DNA of 64,000 nt from Nannocystis bainbridge (GTDB lineage: Bacteria; Myxococcota_A; Polyangia; Nannocystales; Nannocystaceae). Shown here one piece after another: positions 49,694 to 58,856 of the stretch (position 1 is the first letter of the stretch; every line of letters begins with the position of its first letter). The stretch lies in contig NZ_JAQNDL010000002.1 of assembly GCF_028368995.1 (NCBI RefSeq), positions 1,376,001-1,440,000 on the forward strand, written 5' to 3'. Under the pieces are notes generated by a model, which worked only from the letters and a program-made list of their open reading frames with translations, was not told the origin of the DNA and searched no databases. The position numbers and the translations under genes were made by a program.

Positions 49694-52237
49694 TCAGCCG
49701 GGCTCGAGCACGAAGGGATAGCGCACAGTGACGACGCCGCCGGAGTTGCCGGGGAACCGCCAGCCCCGGGCGGCGGCGGCGATGCAGGGCGCGACGGTGT
49801 TGACGGCGAGGGTGTCCTCGGCCACATCGGCGCGGCTGACCACGCCGTTCTTCTCGATCTGGAGGTCGAGGGCGACGCGCCCGCGGAGGTTGGGGTCGCG
49901 CTGGAGGCCGCTTTCGTAGCAGGCGCGCACCTCGTTGATGTGGGCGCGGACGACCCGGCGGATGAGGTCCTGATCGAGCGAGCCCTGCACTTCGGGCTTG
50001 GCCTGGCGCACAGTGGGCACCCGCGTGCCCCGTCCGCCGAAGCCTGCGCCGGCGCCGCGACCGTAGCCGCTGCCGCTGCCGCTGCCGCCCTGGCCGGAGC
50101 TGCCGCTGGCGCGACGGTACTTCTCGCCGCTGTTGTGACCGTACCCGATGCCACCGCCACCGCCGCCGCCGCCCTGACCGATGAGACCGGTGGAGCCGAG
50201 GCCGAGGCTGCCCTCGTCACTGGGGCTCATGTCGAGGCCGAAAGGTGATTCAACGGGGATCTGCACGGTCCGCAGGGTGCCGTCGGGCTGCCTCTCGCGG
50301 CGCTCGTCGACGGCCACGAAGGCGGTGTAGTCGGTCAAGATCCGGTGCTTCACGGCGAGCGAGACGACGGCCTCCCACCGGGGGCCGAACAGCGGGCCGG
50401 GGACCTGGTTGAAGGGGTAATTGCTGAGGTCGTCGATGCGCTTCCTCGCCCACATGCTGGCGAGGCCGTCGTGCTCGTGGACGCGGGCGTCGGCGAGGCG
50501 GACCGGGAGCTCGATGTCGGCGCCGCCGAGCTTGCCGCGGATCTTGACGTTGCCGGCGAGGGCGCCGGTATAGCGGCCGTGGAGGACCAGCGGCTGGCCG
50601 GCGAACAGGTCGGGCAGCTGCGCGGGGGCGACGTCGGCGACGGCGAGGCCGCCCCAGTCGATCGAGATGTCCGTGAGGACAGGTCGATCGATGCTCTCGT
50701 AGAACTCGTCGACCACGGCCGCGGGGGCCTCGCCGGGGCCGACGACGGTGGCGGACCCGTGACCGACGCGGCCGAGGCCGTCGACGAGGAAGCGGTTGAC
50801 GCTGCTGCCGACGCCGAGCGCGAACACCCGGGCGTCGCGCCGCGCGGCCTCGAGGGCGGTAAAAATGTCGACCTCGTTGCCGATGTAGCCGTCGGTCATG
50901 AACAGCACCATGCGCAGGCGCTCGGGATCCTTGGGGGCGTCGAGCGCGGCGGCGACGCCGGTGAGCATCTCGGTGCTACCGCCGACGTTGCGCGCGTTGG
51001 CCAGGAAGTCGAGCGCGCGCTGGCGGTTGTCCTCGGTGTTGGCGACGCTGGCTGGCTCAAAGGACAGGGCGCTGCTGGCGAAGGTGATGAGGTTGAAGGT
51101 GTCGTCCTTGCGCATGCCGGCGAGGGCGCGCTCGATCGCGGCCTTGGCGGTGTCGAGCGGGGCCCCGCGCATCGATCCGGACACGTCGACGACGAACACG
51201 AGCTCGCGCGGGCGCGAGCTGCCGGCGTCGAAGCCCTGCGGCGGCTGAAGGGTGAGGGCGAAGTAGCCTTCGTTGTCACCTGTCTTTTGGGCCATGAGCT
51301 CGGCGCGCGGCTGGGGGCCGGCGAGCCGCCAGCTCAGCTCGAAGTCGCGGTCGGCCCGCGCCGGTCCGCGCGCGAGGGCGACGGAGACGCCCTGCGGGCG
51401 CTGGGTGACGGCGACGGCGTGCAGCTTGGAGGCGACGTCGGCGACCGGCAGGGTGGTGTCGATGTCGACGGCGATCTCGACGGGCACGCAGGAGTCGACG
51501 CCGGCGGGCAGCACGGGCGGGGTGATGCGCGAGGCGTCGGCGACAGCGCCGGGCGGACTGTAGCGCGGACCGACGACGGTCGGCAGCGCGAGCGAGTAAC
51601 GACCGGCGCGCTGGCGCAGCGGCTGCACGAGGTGGATCTCGACCTCGATGGTCTCGCCGGGGCCGATGTTGGTGACGGCCTGGGTGAAGAGGTTGGGCCG
51701 CTCCTGGGTGAGCAGCGCGGCGGTGCGACCGGCTTTGCGGGCCTGATCGAAGGTGCGCTGGGCCTCGGCGTAGCGCTTGAGCAGGCCGTGGATCGAGCGC
51801 GAGCCGATGCGGATCCAGTAGTCGTCGATGGCGGCGTCGTCAGGCAGCGGGAAGCTGTAGATGGCCTCGAGACGCTCGCTCCGCGGGTTGACGAAGGTCT
51901 GGGTGACGGTGGTCTCGGCGAGGGTGCCGACGACGACGGTGTCGTAGCGGATGGCCTGGAGCGGGAGACCGAGCCAGCGATCACCGGCGGCGACCATGAG
52001 CTGGCCCTGGTCGGGCTCGGCGGCGGGATCGATCGCGGTGAGCTCGGTGGGCCGCGGGCCGCTGCAAGTGGAGGCTTCGGGGCCGCTGATGTGCACCGGG
52101 CCGGGGGCCTCGGCGAGGTCGTCGGGGGTGTCGAGCTCGGGGTCGTCGCCGTCAGCGACAGGGGTACAAGCGAGAGCGAGAAGCGACCAGAACGACGAGA
52201 GCGCGAGCGGACGGACCAAGGTGCACCTCCACGACAT
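49694..52237 (-). CDS. Lipoprotein: VIT + vWA + Gly-rich linker + AgmX/PglI-type C-terminal domain
   Basis: LALAC lipobox; VIT (QTFVNP..LEAIYSFPLP); MIDAS DVSGSM...TDG; IRRVVRAHINEVRACYE...VRYPF. Start approximate. Confidence 0.88.
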   Translation of the reverse strand: MSWRCTLVRPLALSSFWSLLALACTPVADGDDPELDTPDDLAEAPGPVHISGPEASTCSGPRPTELTAIDPAAEPDQGQLMVAAGDRWLGLPLQAIRYDTVVVGTLAETTVTQTFVNPRSERLEAIYSFPLPDDAAIDDYWIRIGSRSIHGLLKRYAEAQRTFDQARKAGRTAALLTQERPNLFTQAVTNIGPGETIEVEIHLVQPLRQRAGRYSLALPTVVGPRYSPPGAVADASRITPPVLPAGVDSCVPVEIAVDIDTTLPVADVASKLHAVAVTQRPQGVSVALARGPARADRDFELSWRLAGPQPRAELMAQKTGDNEGYFALTLQPPQGFDAGSSRPRELVFVVDVSGSMRGAPLDTAKAAIERALAGMRKDDTFNLITFASSALSFEPASVANTEDNRQRALDFLANARNVGGSTEMLTGVAAALDAPKDPERLRMVLFMTDGYIGNEVDIFTALEAARRDARVFALGVGSSVNRFLVDGLGRVGHGSATVVGPGEAPAAVVDEFYESIDRPVLTDISIDWGGLAVADVAPAQLPDLFAGQPLVLHGRYTGALAGNVKIRGKLGGADIELPVRLADARVHEHDGLASMWARKRIDDLSNYPFNQVPGPLFGPRWEAVVSLAVKHRILTDYTAFVAVDERRERQPDGTLRTVQIPVESPFGLDMSPSDEGSLGLGSTGLIGQGGGGGGGGIGYGHNSGEKYRRASGSSGQGGSGSGSGYGRGAGAGFGGRGTRVPTVRQAKPEVQGSLDQDLIRRVVRAHINEVRACYESGLQRDPNLRGRVALDLQIEKNGVVSRADVAEDTLAVNTVAPCIAAAARGWRFPGNSGGVVTVRYPFVLEPG

Positions 52238-52328
52238 GCAGCGAGCCCGGAGACAGGGCGAGGTCGGGAAAGTTCCGGGCGCGGGTGACGACGGGCTCGC
52301 GTGCCCGAGTCGCGTATACTGAAGATCG

Positions 52329-53222
52329 GTGACGATGCCCGGCCCGATCGTTCGCAGCTCGCTCGCGCTCGTCGCGGCCCTGGTGATGGCTGGCTGCTTC
52401 CACGACTCGCCGCCGCAGCTGGGCTGCGCGACCGATGCGGACTGCACGACGACGTCCTCGAGCTCGACGACGACGGGCGCGTCGATGGATCCGACGACGA
52501 CGACGGGCGAGCTGTCGCAGTCGCGGACGTTTCGCATCGACGCGCTGCGCCTCGTCGATCCGCACCTGTTCTCGGACCTGTGCTTCGACGTGACGGGGCT
52601 CGTCAACATGTTCGGGCTGTCGCAGCAGATCGGCGACGGCGAGCTGAACCTGATCCTCCACTTCGCGGACTTCGAGCCGGGGGCGCTGGCGGCGGTGCTG
52701 GGTGAGGCGATGTCGTGCGACCTGGCGGCGCAGACGTGCGTGCCCGACGACTCAGTGAGCCTGCAGCTGCCGGTCGAGCAGATCACGGAGGCGCCGTGCC
52801 TGGCGGTCGATCCTTCGGTGTTCGCGGTCAAGAACGCGGCGTCGCTGCACGCGCCGGAGCCGACGTGCTTCCGCACCACGGCGGTCGAGCTGGCGCTGCC
52901 GCTCGGCGCCGCCGATGCGCCGCTCAACATGTTGCAGACGCAGATCGCGTTCAACTTCGACGACGCGGCCGACCCGCAGGCGATCCTGCAAGGCGTGGTG
53001 TCGGGGTTCTTGCCGCGCGCTTCGGCGGAGGCGGTCGACATCGAGGTGTCAGGGTCGAGCTACAACCTGTGGGCGATGGTGAAGGGGCCGGAGGGCTGCG
53101 CCGCCAGCCACGCCGAATTGCTGCCCAGCGTGGATGCGCTCGCTGGGCCGGACGGGCCCATCGAGGGGGTGTGGCTGGCGTTCAATGCCACGGCCTCGCG
53201 CGTGGCGCTGGTGCCGCCATGA
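52329..53222 (+). CDS. Cys-containing hypothetical lipoprotein
   Basis: MAGC lipobox, CATDADC, Thr/Ser linker. Confidence 0.75.
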   Translation: MTMPGPIVRSSLALVAALVMAGCFHDSPPQLGCATDADCTTTSSSSTTTGASMDPTTTTGELSQSRTFRIDALRLVDPHLFSDLCFDVTGLVNMFGLSQQIGDGELNLILHFADFEPGALAAVLGEAMSCDLAAQTCVPDDSVSLQLPVEQITEAPCLAVDPSVFAVKNAASLHAPEPTCFRTTAVELALPLGAADAPLNMLQTQIAFNFDDAADPQAILQGVVSGFLPRASAEAVDIEVSGSSYNLWAMVKGPEGCAASHAELLPSVDALAGPDGPIEGVWLAFNATASRVALVPP

Positions 53223-54604
53223 GGCGCGCGCACGGCCGGGAACTTCACGGGCGAGTCGAGGTCCAAGCGCCCGTGACCGATCGCGCCCGTCCGCTGGTGG
53301 TCGAGGTCGTGGCCCGACAGGGCCCGACGATCGTGGATGTGACAGTGGTGGGAGGCCGGGCCGGCGCGTATCGCATCGGCGAGGGCCCGCGGGCGCAGGC
53401 GACGGTGGCAGTGCCGGCCGCCGAGGCCGACGGGTGCTTCGCGCTGGTGGTGCTGCGCGGGGGCTCGCCGCTGCTGCGGGTGCCGGCAGGGGCGACGGGC
53501 GAGCTGCAGGCGGGCGCGGCGGAGGGGCGGCCGCTGGTCGCGGGCGAGGCGATCGAGCTGGTCGATGGGACATGTGCGATCGTGCATGTCGGGCCGCTGA
53601 CGTTCGAGCTGCGCGCGGGGCCGGCCGAGCCGGCGGTGAAGTGGTCGCCGGTGATCGAGTGGCCGCTGTGGCTGGCGCAGGCGGCCTCGCTGGCGCTGTT
53701 CCTGACGCTGGCGCTGCTGATCCGGATCTGGGGGCCGACGGCCGAGGCGCCGCGCTGGGACGATCCGGAGCTGCAGGAGCGGCTGATCCGCTACACGGCC
53801 GCATTGCCGCCGCCGCCGCCGCCACCGGACGTGATCGGCGAGGTCGGGCGTGCGCGGCCGCGGGAGCCGATCGCGCGCGCGCCGCGACCGACGCCGAGCG
53901 AGCCGGCGACCAGTGAGTCACCCGACGCGCCGGCGGTGACCGGGTCTCGAGGACAGGACCCCGAGGACAGGTCCCGAGAGGCAGGTTTTCTCGGGCTGGC
54001 GGAGTTCGACCGGATCTTGCGCGAGTACACGGCGTCGCTCGATGTCTCGATCCGCAACTACGCGACGTCGCCGGAGACCGACTCGGCGTGGGCGGCGGCG
54101 ACGCGCACGGTGCCGCGGGCGATCGCGGGGCTCGGGCTGGGCGAGACGCTGCGCGGCGGCGGGGGCGTGGCCGAGGCGGTGATCGACCTCGACCTCGGGG
54201 AGCTGTTCGCGGGCCTCGAGGCCCGGCGCAAGCGCGGGCCGCCGGGGACGGGGCGCAAGGAGGCGGCGTTCACGAAGGCGGCGGTGCCGGAGGTCCGCGA
54301 GACGCCGCGTCAGAGCGTCGAGTGGACGGCGGCGGTCGGCCAGGATCTGATCCGCGGGGTGATCCGGCGCCACACGCCCGAGGTCCGTAAATGCTTCCGC
54401 GAGGGGCCGGCGACCGGCAAGGTCGAGGTGGCGTTCACGATCGGCAGCGGCGGCAAGGTCCGCGCGGCGGCGATCGAGGCGAGCACGATCGACCACGCCG
54501 GGGTGCAGGACTGCATCACCACGGCGGTGAAGTCGTGGACGTTCCCGACCATCGTGGCAGCGGCCGGGGACGTCGCAGTGCGCTATCCGTTTTCGGTCGG
54601 CTGA
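53219..54604 (+). CDS. GltG/AgmX-like single-TM protein with C-terminal AgmX/PglI domain
   Basis: ATGA coupling; degenerate FHA-like N-terminus, TM, Pro-rich linker, IRGVIRRHTPEVRKCF...CI...WTFP...VRYPF. Confidence 0.75.
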   Translation: MRRAHGRELHGRVEVQAPVTDRARPLVVEVVARQGPTIVDVTVVGGRAGAYRIGEGPRAQATVAVPAAEADGCFALVVLRGGSPLLRVPAGATGELQAGAAEGRPLVAGEAIELVDGTCAIVHVGPLTFELRAGPAEPAVKWSPVIEWPLWLAQAASLALFLTLALLIRIWGPTAEAPRWDDPELQERLIRYTAALPPPPPPPDVIGEVGRARPREPIARAPRPTPSEPATSESPDAPAVTGSRGQDPEDRSREAGFLGLAEFDRILREYTASLDVSIRNYATSPETDSAWAAATRTVPRAIAGLGLGETLRGGGGVAEAVIDLDLGELFAGLEARRKRGPPGTGRKEAAFTKAAVPEVRETPRQSVEWTAAVGQDLIRGVIRRHTPEVRKCFREGPATGKVEVAFTIGSGGKVRAAAIEASTIDHAGVQDCITTAVKSWTFPTIVAAAGDVAVRYPFSVG

Positions 54605-54613
54605 GGCGCCGAC

Positions 54614-54832
54614 TCACTTCTTGCCGAACAGGCCGCCGATGCCGGAGGTGATGCTGCCGACGTCGACGCCGCCGAGCGCGCCACCGGCCGAGCCGAGGGC
54701 CGCGTCGACCTGGCCGGCGAGCGGCGCGGGGAGCTTGGTCTTGAGGAAGTTGGCGACCGTCTCGATCGCGCTGCGGGCGTTGCTCTCGGAGATGCCGGTC
54801 TTGGACACGATCTGCTGGATGAGCTCTTCCAT
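54614..54832 (-). CDS. Small hypothetical protein (DUF2267-like)
   Basis: MEELIQQIVSKTGISE..AR.A.ETV..FLK.KLP; Gly-rich tail; GAGG RBS. Confidence 0.8.
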   Translation of the reverse strand: MEELIQQIVSKTGISESNARSAIETVANFLKTKLPAPLAGQVDAALGSAGGALGGVDVGSITSGIGGLFGKK

Positions 54833-54878
54833 GGATGGGCCTCGGTGACGGCAGTATGCGAGCCGCCGCGCGGCGGCG

Positions 54879-56564
54879 TCAACCGGGTCCGAGGACGATC
54901 GGCGGCTCGATCAGGCCGGGGAGCGTGTCGGGGTGCGGATCGTCGGGGACGAGCTTCGGCTCGCCCGGATCGGCGCCGACCATGGTTCGCCAGCGCCGCG
55001 GTACCCGCCGCAGCGCGATCGGATAGAGGACGAGGGCGCCGTCGCGGCGGACGTGCAGGCGGACGAAATGTTTGAAGTCCTGGATCCGCAGCGACGAGAA
55101 GGCCTCGTTGCCGTGGCGGCGGAACAGGTTGACGGCGAGCAGCAGGTAGACACCGAAGATCAGCGAGCTGAACAGCCAGCCGAGGCCGAGCAGGATGACG
55201 AGGCCGATCCCGATCGCGGCGGCGCTGTCCCACGCGAGGCCGCAGGCGCCGGCGATCTGTCCTGCGAGCCAGGTGAGGGCGAGGACGGCGAAGGCGTGGG
55301 CGGCGGCGTGGACGAGGCCGGCGAGCCACCGCCGGTGGGCCCGGCGAGCGTCGGCGAACCACACCAGGGCGCCGGCGGTGGCGAGCAGCCACAGCGCGGC
55401 CCACGGTGAGCGCAAGAGGGCGGACGACATGTCCGAAAGGGCAGGTAGGAATTCGGCCGCCGGCGGGCCGTCGAGCGCGGCTCGCAGGTTCCAGCCGATG
55501 AGGAGGTAGAGGAGGCCGGTGACGGCGCCGAAGCTCGGGTTCTGCAGCGGGAAGGCGAGGTTGCGCCAGGCCAGGCGGCGCGAGGTCGCGGGATCGGGGA
55601 AGGCGCAGCGCAGGCCGTGGCCGCCGGCGAGCGGGTCGTCGTGAAGGACGTGGGTGGGGTGGAGGAAGGCGCCGCCGCCTCCGGCGGTGATCTTCTGGAC
55701 GCGGCCGTCGGCGGTGGCGTGGCGGCGGTAATGGTGGAGGTCGCCGGACAGGAACACACGGATCCGCGGGCCGAACAGCCGCTCGAGGAAGGCGAGGTTG
55801 CCGTCGCGGACGCGGCGCAGCCGGGCCTTGCGATCGCGCTGCTCGTGGGCGCGGACCCAGTGCGGCTCGGCGGTGCAGAGGATGATGCGGGCGCGCGGGC
55901 CCATGCGTTCGGCGAGGGCGCGGAAGTAATCGACCTGGTGGGCGTCGATGTCGGAGCCGAGCTGGACGTCGACGCCGACGAGCCACCAGTCGTGCGGCAG
56001 GCGGGCGGCGAAGTAGCTGGCGCGCTGATGGATCTGCCAGCCGCAGAACCACCGCTTGTCGAGGAACAGCTTGGTGAAGGTGGCGAGGCTGTCGTACCAG
56101 TCGTGGTTGCCGGGCACGGCGAACAGCACGGGGTGCGGCGGGGCGCTGCGTTCGAAGGCGCACTCGTAGGGGAGGACCAGCCGCTGCTCGTAGGCGGTGC
56201 GGCTGGGGGTCGGGTAGACCTGATCGCCGCCGAACACGAGGACGCTGGCGCGCGGCAATTCGTAGGCGCGGCCGTGCGGGCCGTGGACGCGGAGGACCGG
56301 CCGCGTGGCCCAGTAGGCGACCGCGTAGGTCGGGTTCCAGCCGTCGCCCGAGTCGGCCACGAAGTCGAGCACGAGCTGGTCGCGGTGCGAGAAGTCAGTC
56401 AGCTCGTCCGGCGGCACCGGTCGCAGGAGCCGCCGATCGAGCTGGTCGCCGAGGGCCGTCGAGACCGCGACGCGCGCGGCCGTCTGCAGCAGCTGGACCG
56501 GCGCGTACCAGCGCACCATGTCCGCGGGGGCGTGGAGGTCGCGGGCGGTCGGGACGTCGGTCAT
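54879..56564 (-). CDS. Calcineurin-like metallophosphoesterase with C-terminal TM helices
   Basis: ADSGDG, GGDQVYP, PGNHDWYD, SGDLHHY, GGGGAFLHPTH; GAGAGG RBS before ATG 56564. Confidence 0.88.
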   Translation of the reverse strand: MTDVPTARDLHAPADMVRWYAPVQLLQTAARVAVSTALGDQLDRRLLRPVPPDELTDFSHRDQLVLDFVADSGDGWNPTYAVAYWATRPVLRVHGPHGRAYELPRASVLVFGGDQVYPTPSRTAYEQRLVLPYECAFERSAPPHPVLFAVPGNHDWYDSLATFTKLFLDKRWFCGWQIHQRASYFAARLPHDWWLVGVDVQLGSDIDAHQVDYFRALAERMGPRARIILCTAEPHWVRAHEQRDRKARLRRVRDGNLAFLERLFGPRIRVFLSGDLHHYRRHATADGRVQKITAGGGGAFLHPTHVLHDDPLAGGHGLRCAFPDPATSRRLAWRNLAFPLQNPSFGAVTGLLYLLIGWNLRAALDGPPAAEFLPALSDMSSALLRSPWAALWLLATAGALVWFADARRAHRRWLAGLVHAAAHAFAVLALTWLAGQIAGACGLAWDSAAAIGIGLVILLGLGWLFSSLIFGVYLLLAVNLFRRHGNEAFSSLRIQDFKHFVRLHVRRDGALVLYPIALRRVPRRWRTMVGADPGEPKLVPDDPHPDTLPGLIEPPIVLGPG

Positions 56565-56626
56565 GGCCGACCTCTCAGTATTGGAGAGGTCGCGCGGCGG
56601 TGCCAGGCGCGAGGCCGAGCTGTCCT

Positions 56627-57475
56627 TCAGGACAGTCGCGCCAGCAGCCGGCGCAACAGCGTGGGGCTGACGAACACGAGGTAGAGGCTGATCATCTGTA
56701 GGCTGAAATAAATCAGCTGGTACATGGTGACGGCGACCACGAGGTGGAGGCCGATGCCGAGCAGGAAGCCGAGCGGTCGCAGACGTCGTGGCAGGAGCAG
56801 CAGCGGCGCGAGCAGCTCGAAGCCGAGAGCGGCGTGTTGCAGAAGCGTCCACACGCCGGCGGGGAGGACGCGCAGCAGCCACGCGGCCGCCTCGGTGCAG
56901 TAGACGCCCTGGACCTGGACCCACAGCACGTCGTCGTAGGCGAGCCAGTCGCCCCGCAGCGCCTTGCACAGGCCGGAGGCGACGTAGTGGATCAGGAGCG
57001 AGACCTGGAGGACGCGGATCGGCCAGGCGGCGATCCTGGCCTCGGGGCCCTGTCCCGAAGGACCTGGCGCGAGGGCCAGGATCAGAAAGCCGAAGATGTA
57101 GAGGCGGTTGATCGTGAAGGCGCTGATCGGGTCGGCCAGCGAGACGTAGAGCAGGCCGGCGATGACGAGCCACGTGGCGGCGCGGCGGGCCCAGCCGAAG
57201 ATGATGGCCAACATGGCGCCGAAGTAGACGGCGAAGAACGGGCCGAGCGTGGCGCGGGTGAGCAGCGGGACGTGCGGCGCGTAGTAAGCGTCGACGGCGG
57301 GCGTGGGGTGGTAGCCGACGGCAGTGAGCCACTCGCCGGCGTGCTGGGCCCAGGCGAAGGTGTAGAAGACCAGGGTGTAGGTGAAGGCCTGGCGGAAAGC
57401 GTCGAGCTGGATCGGGTCGACGGGCTCGTACCAGAACCGCTGCCAGCCCTCGCGCGCGCGGGCGACGAGGCTCAT
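56627..57475 (-). CDS. HTTM-domain membrane protein (SdpB/VKG-carboxylase-like)
   Basis: W.RFW, WPIRVLQV..LIHY..SGL.K..GDW, FELLAPLLL, GIGLHL...M. Confidence 0.8.
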   Translation of the reverse strand: MSLVARAREGWQRFWYEPVDPIQLDAFRQAFTYTLVFYTFAWAQHAGEWLTAVGYHPTPAVDAYYAPHVPLLTRATLGPFFAVYFGAMLAIIFGWARRAATWLVIAGLLYVSLADPISAFTINRLYIFGFLILALAPGPSGQGPEARIAAWPIRVLQVSLLIHYVASGLCKALRGDWLAYDDVLWVQVQGVYCTEAAAWLLRVLPAGVWTLLQHAALGFELLAPLLLLPRRLRPLGFLLGIGLHLVVAVTMYQLIYFSLQMISLYLVFVSPTLLRRLLARLS

Positions 57476-58008
57476 CGCGGACGCTCCGGGTAGTCGTGGA
57501 CGGACAGGATCCGCCGCTCGTGGCGAGGCACCTGGGCGAGCGGCGGCCGGCGCCAGGCGCCCTGGGCGACGTCGTCGGGGCGCGGGACGAAGCCGGTCCA
57601 GACGAAGCGCAGGCCGACGATCGGCGCCAATTCGGGGTGCCTCCCGCGATCGCTGGCGACGAGGTAGTCGGCGACCTCGCGCCGGCCGGCGTCGCGCTGG
57701 ACGCCCCAGGCGACGAGGAAGCGGTGCATCCGCGTGCGATGACCGAACGGCTCCATGGCGAAATCGAGGGTCTCGTCGAGCTGCTCCCACTCGGGGCGAC
57801 CGGACCGGCGAACTTCGACGAAGTAGATGTTCCAGACCGTGGGCCGGTTGGGGAACAGACAGGCGATGTCGTGCCAGTCGTGCAGCAGCGCCGGCTCACC
57901 GGGCAGCTTGGCCCGCCACAGACCGTGGTAGGCGGTCGGCCCGATCCACAGGAGGATGAAGGCGGCGACGCACAGGCGATCGCGGAGGCGGGGACGGAGA
58001 GCGGTCAT
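57472..58008 (-). CDS. Membrane-anchored HTTM partner protein
   Basis: N-terminal TM, W.....LFP motif, ATGA overlap with the HTTM gene. Confidence 0.7.
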   Translation of the reverse strand: MTALRPRLRDRLCVAAFILLWIGPTAYHGLWRAKLPGEPALLHDWHDIACLFPNRPTVWNIYFVEVRRSGRPEWEQLDETLDFAMEPFGHRTRMHRFLVAWGVQRDAGRREVADYLVASDRGRHPELAPIVGLRFVWTGFVPRPDDVAQGAWRRPPLAQVPRHERRILSVHDYPERPR

Positions 58009-58856
58009 GCGCGCCGGAGGCCCTGGCCACCTCGTCTTGCCACGCCGGTCCGCACCTTGTCGAGCCCCGCGTGGCCGCAGCAACCTCGTCGAGCGGCGCT
58101 GGCGGGCCTGGTGCACGCGTCAGCCGAGCCGAGGGCGTGTTACCGTGAGCGATGGACGCGGCCTGCTCGCCCTGGCGCAGCAGCGGTCGGCGAGAGACGG
58201 GTGGCGACGTTGATCGAGTAGCAACGGACCTCGGTGTCGTGGGCGGGGCTGATCGAGCAGCGCGCAGCGAAGTGCTCGAGTCGCTACGCATGAAGGGCGG
58301 CGAGGCGGTCGCGCTGTCGCTTGCGCCGTTCGGGGCACCGGTGTCTCCCGTCGCTCTCCGGAACTGTCCCTGTCAACACGCTCGACGTGCGATTTGCTGG
58401 AGGCAATCCGGGTCGCGCTGCGAAGCTTGCGAGCACGACATGAAAAATCGCGGTCGAACGCCAACTGCGAACGCCTGAGGCTGGTGCGGCCGGGCCGCGC
58501 GCCGGGGTGCTGTTGAACCGCAGTCACGGCTCGCTCGAGCGGGCTGCTGCCGCGATCGGTCGTGGGTCGACATCCTCGCGTTCACTGGCTTTCACGCGTG
58601 GCGCGAGGGGATCACGAACGCCGACGAGCAGGCGCTTTTCGGCTCGCATCTGGAGCGAGTGGTCGGCGAATCGTTGCCTGCGGACGAGTGCAGACAGATG
58701 TCCTTTCGGACATATCGCTGCACGGTGCATGTCCACATGACGACGAATCCACGTCGCGGCTCGCGTGTGGAAACGCGCTAGCCGTGGCGCGCGGGTCTCT
58801 GATAGAAGCGAAGACGACCCCTCAAGGTCCTGACTTTTCTCTCGCGTAAGGATCCG

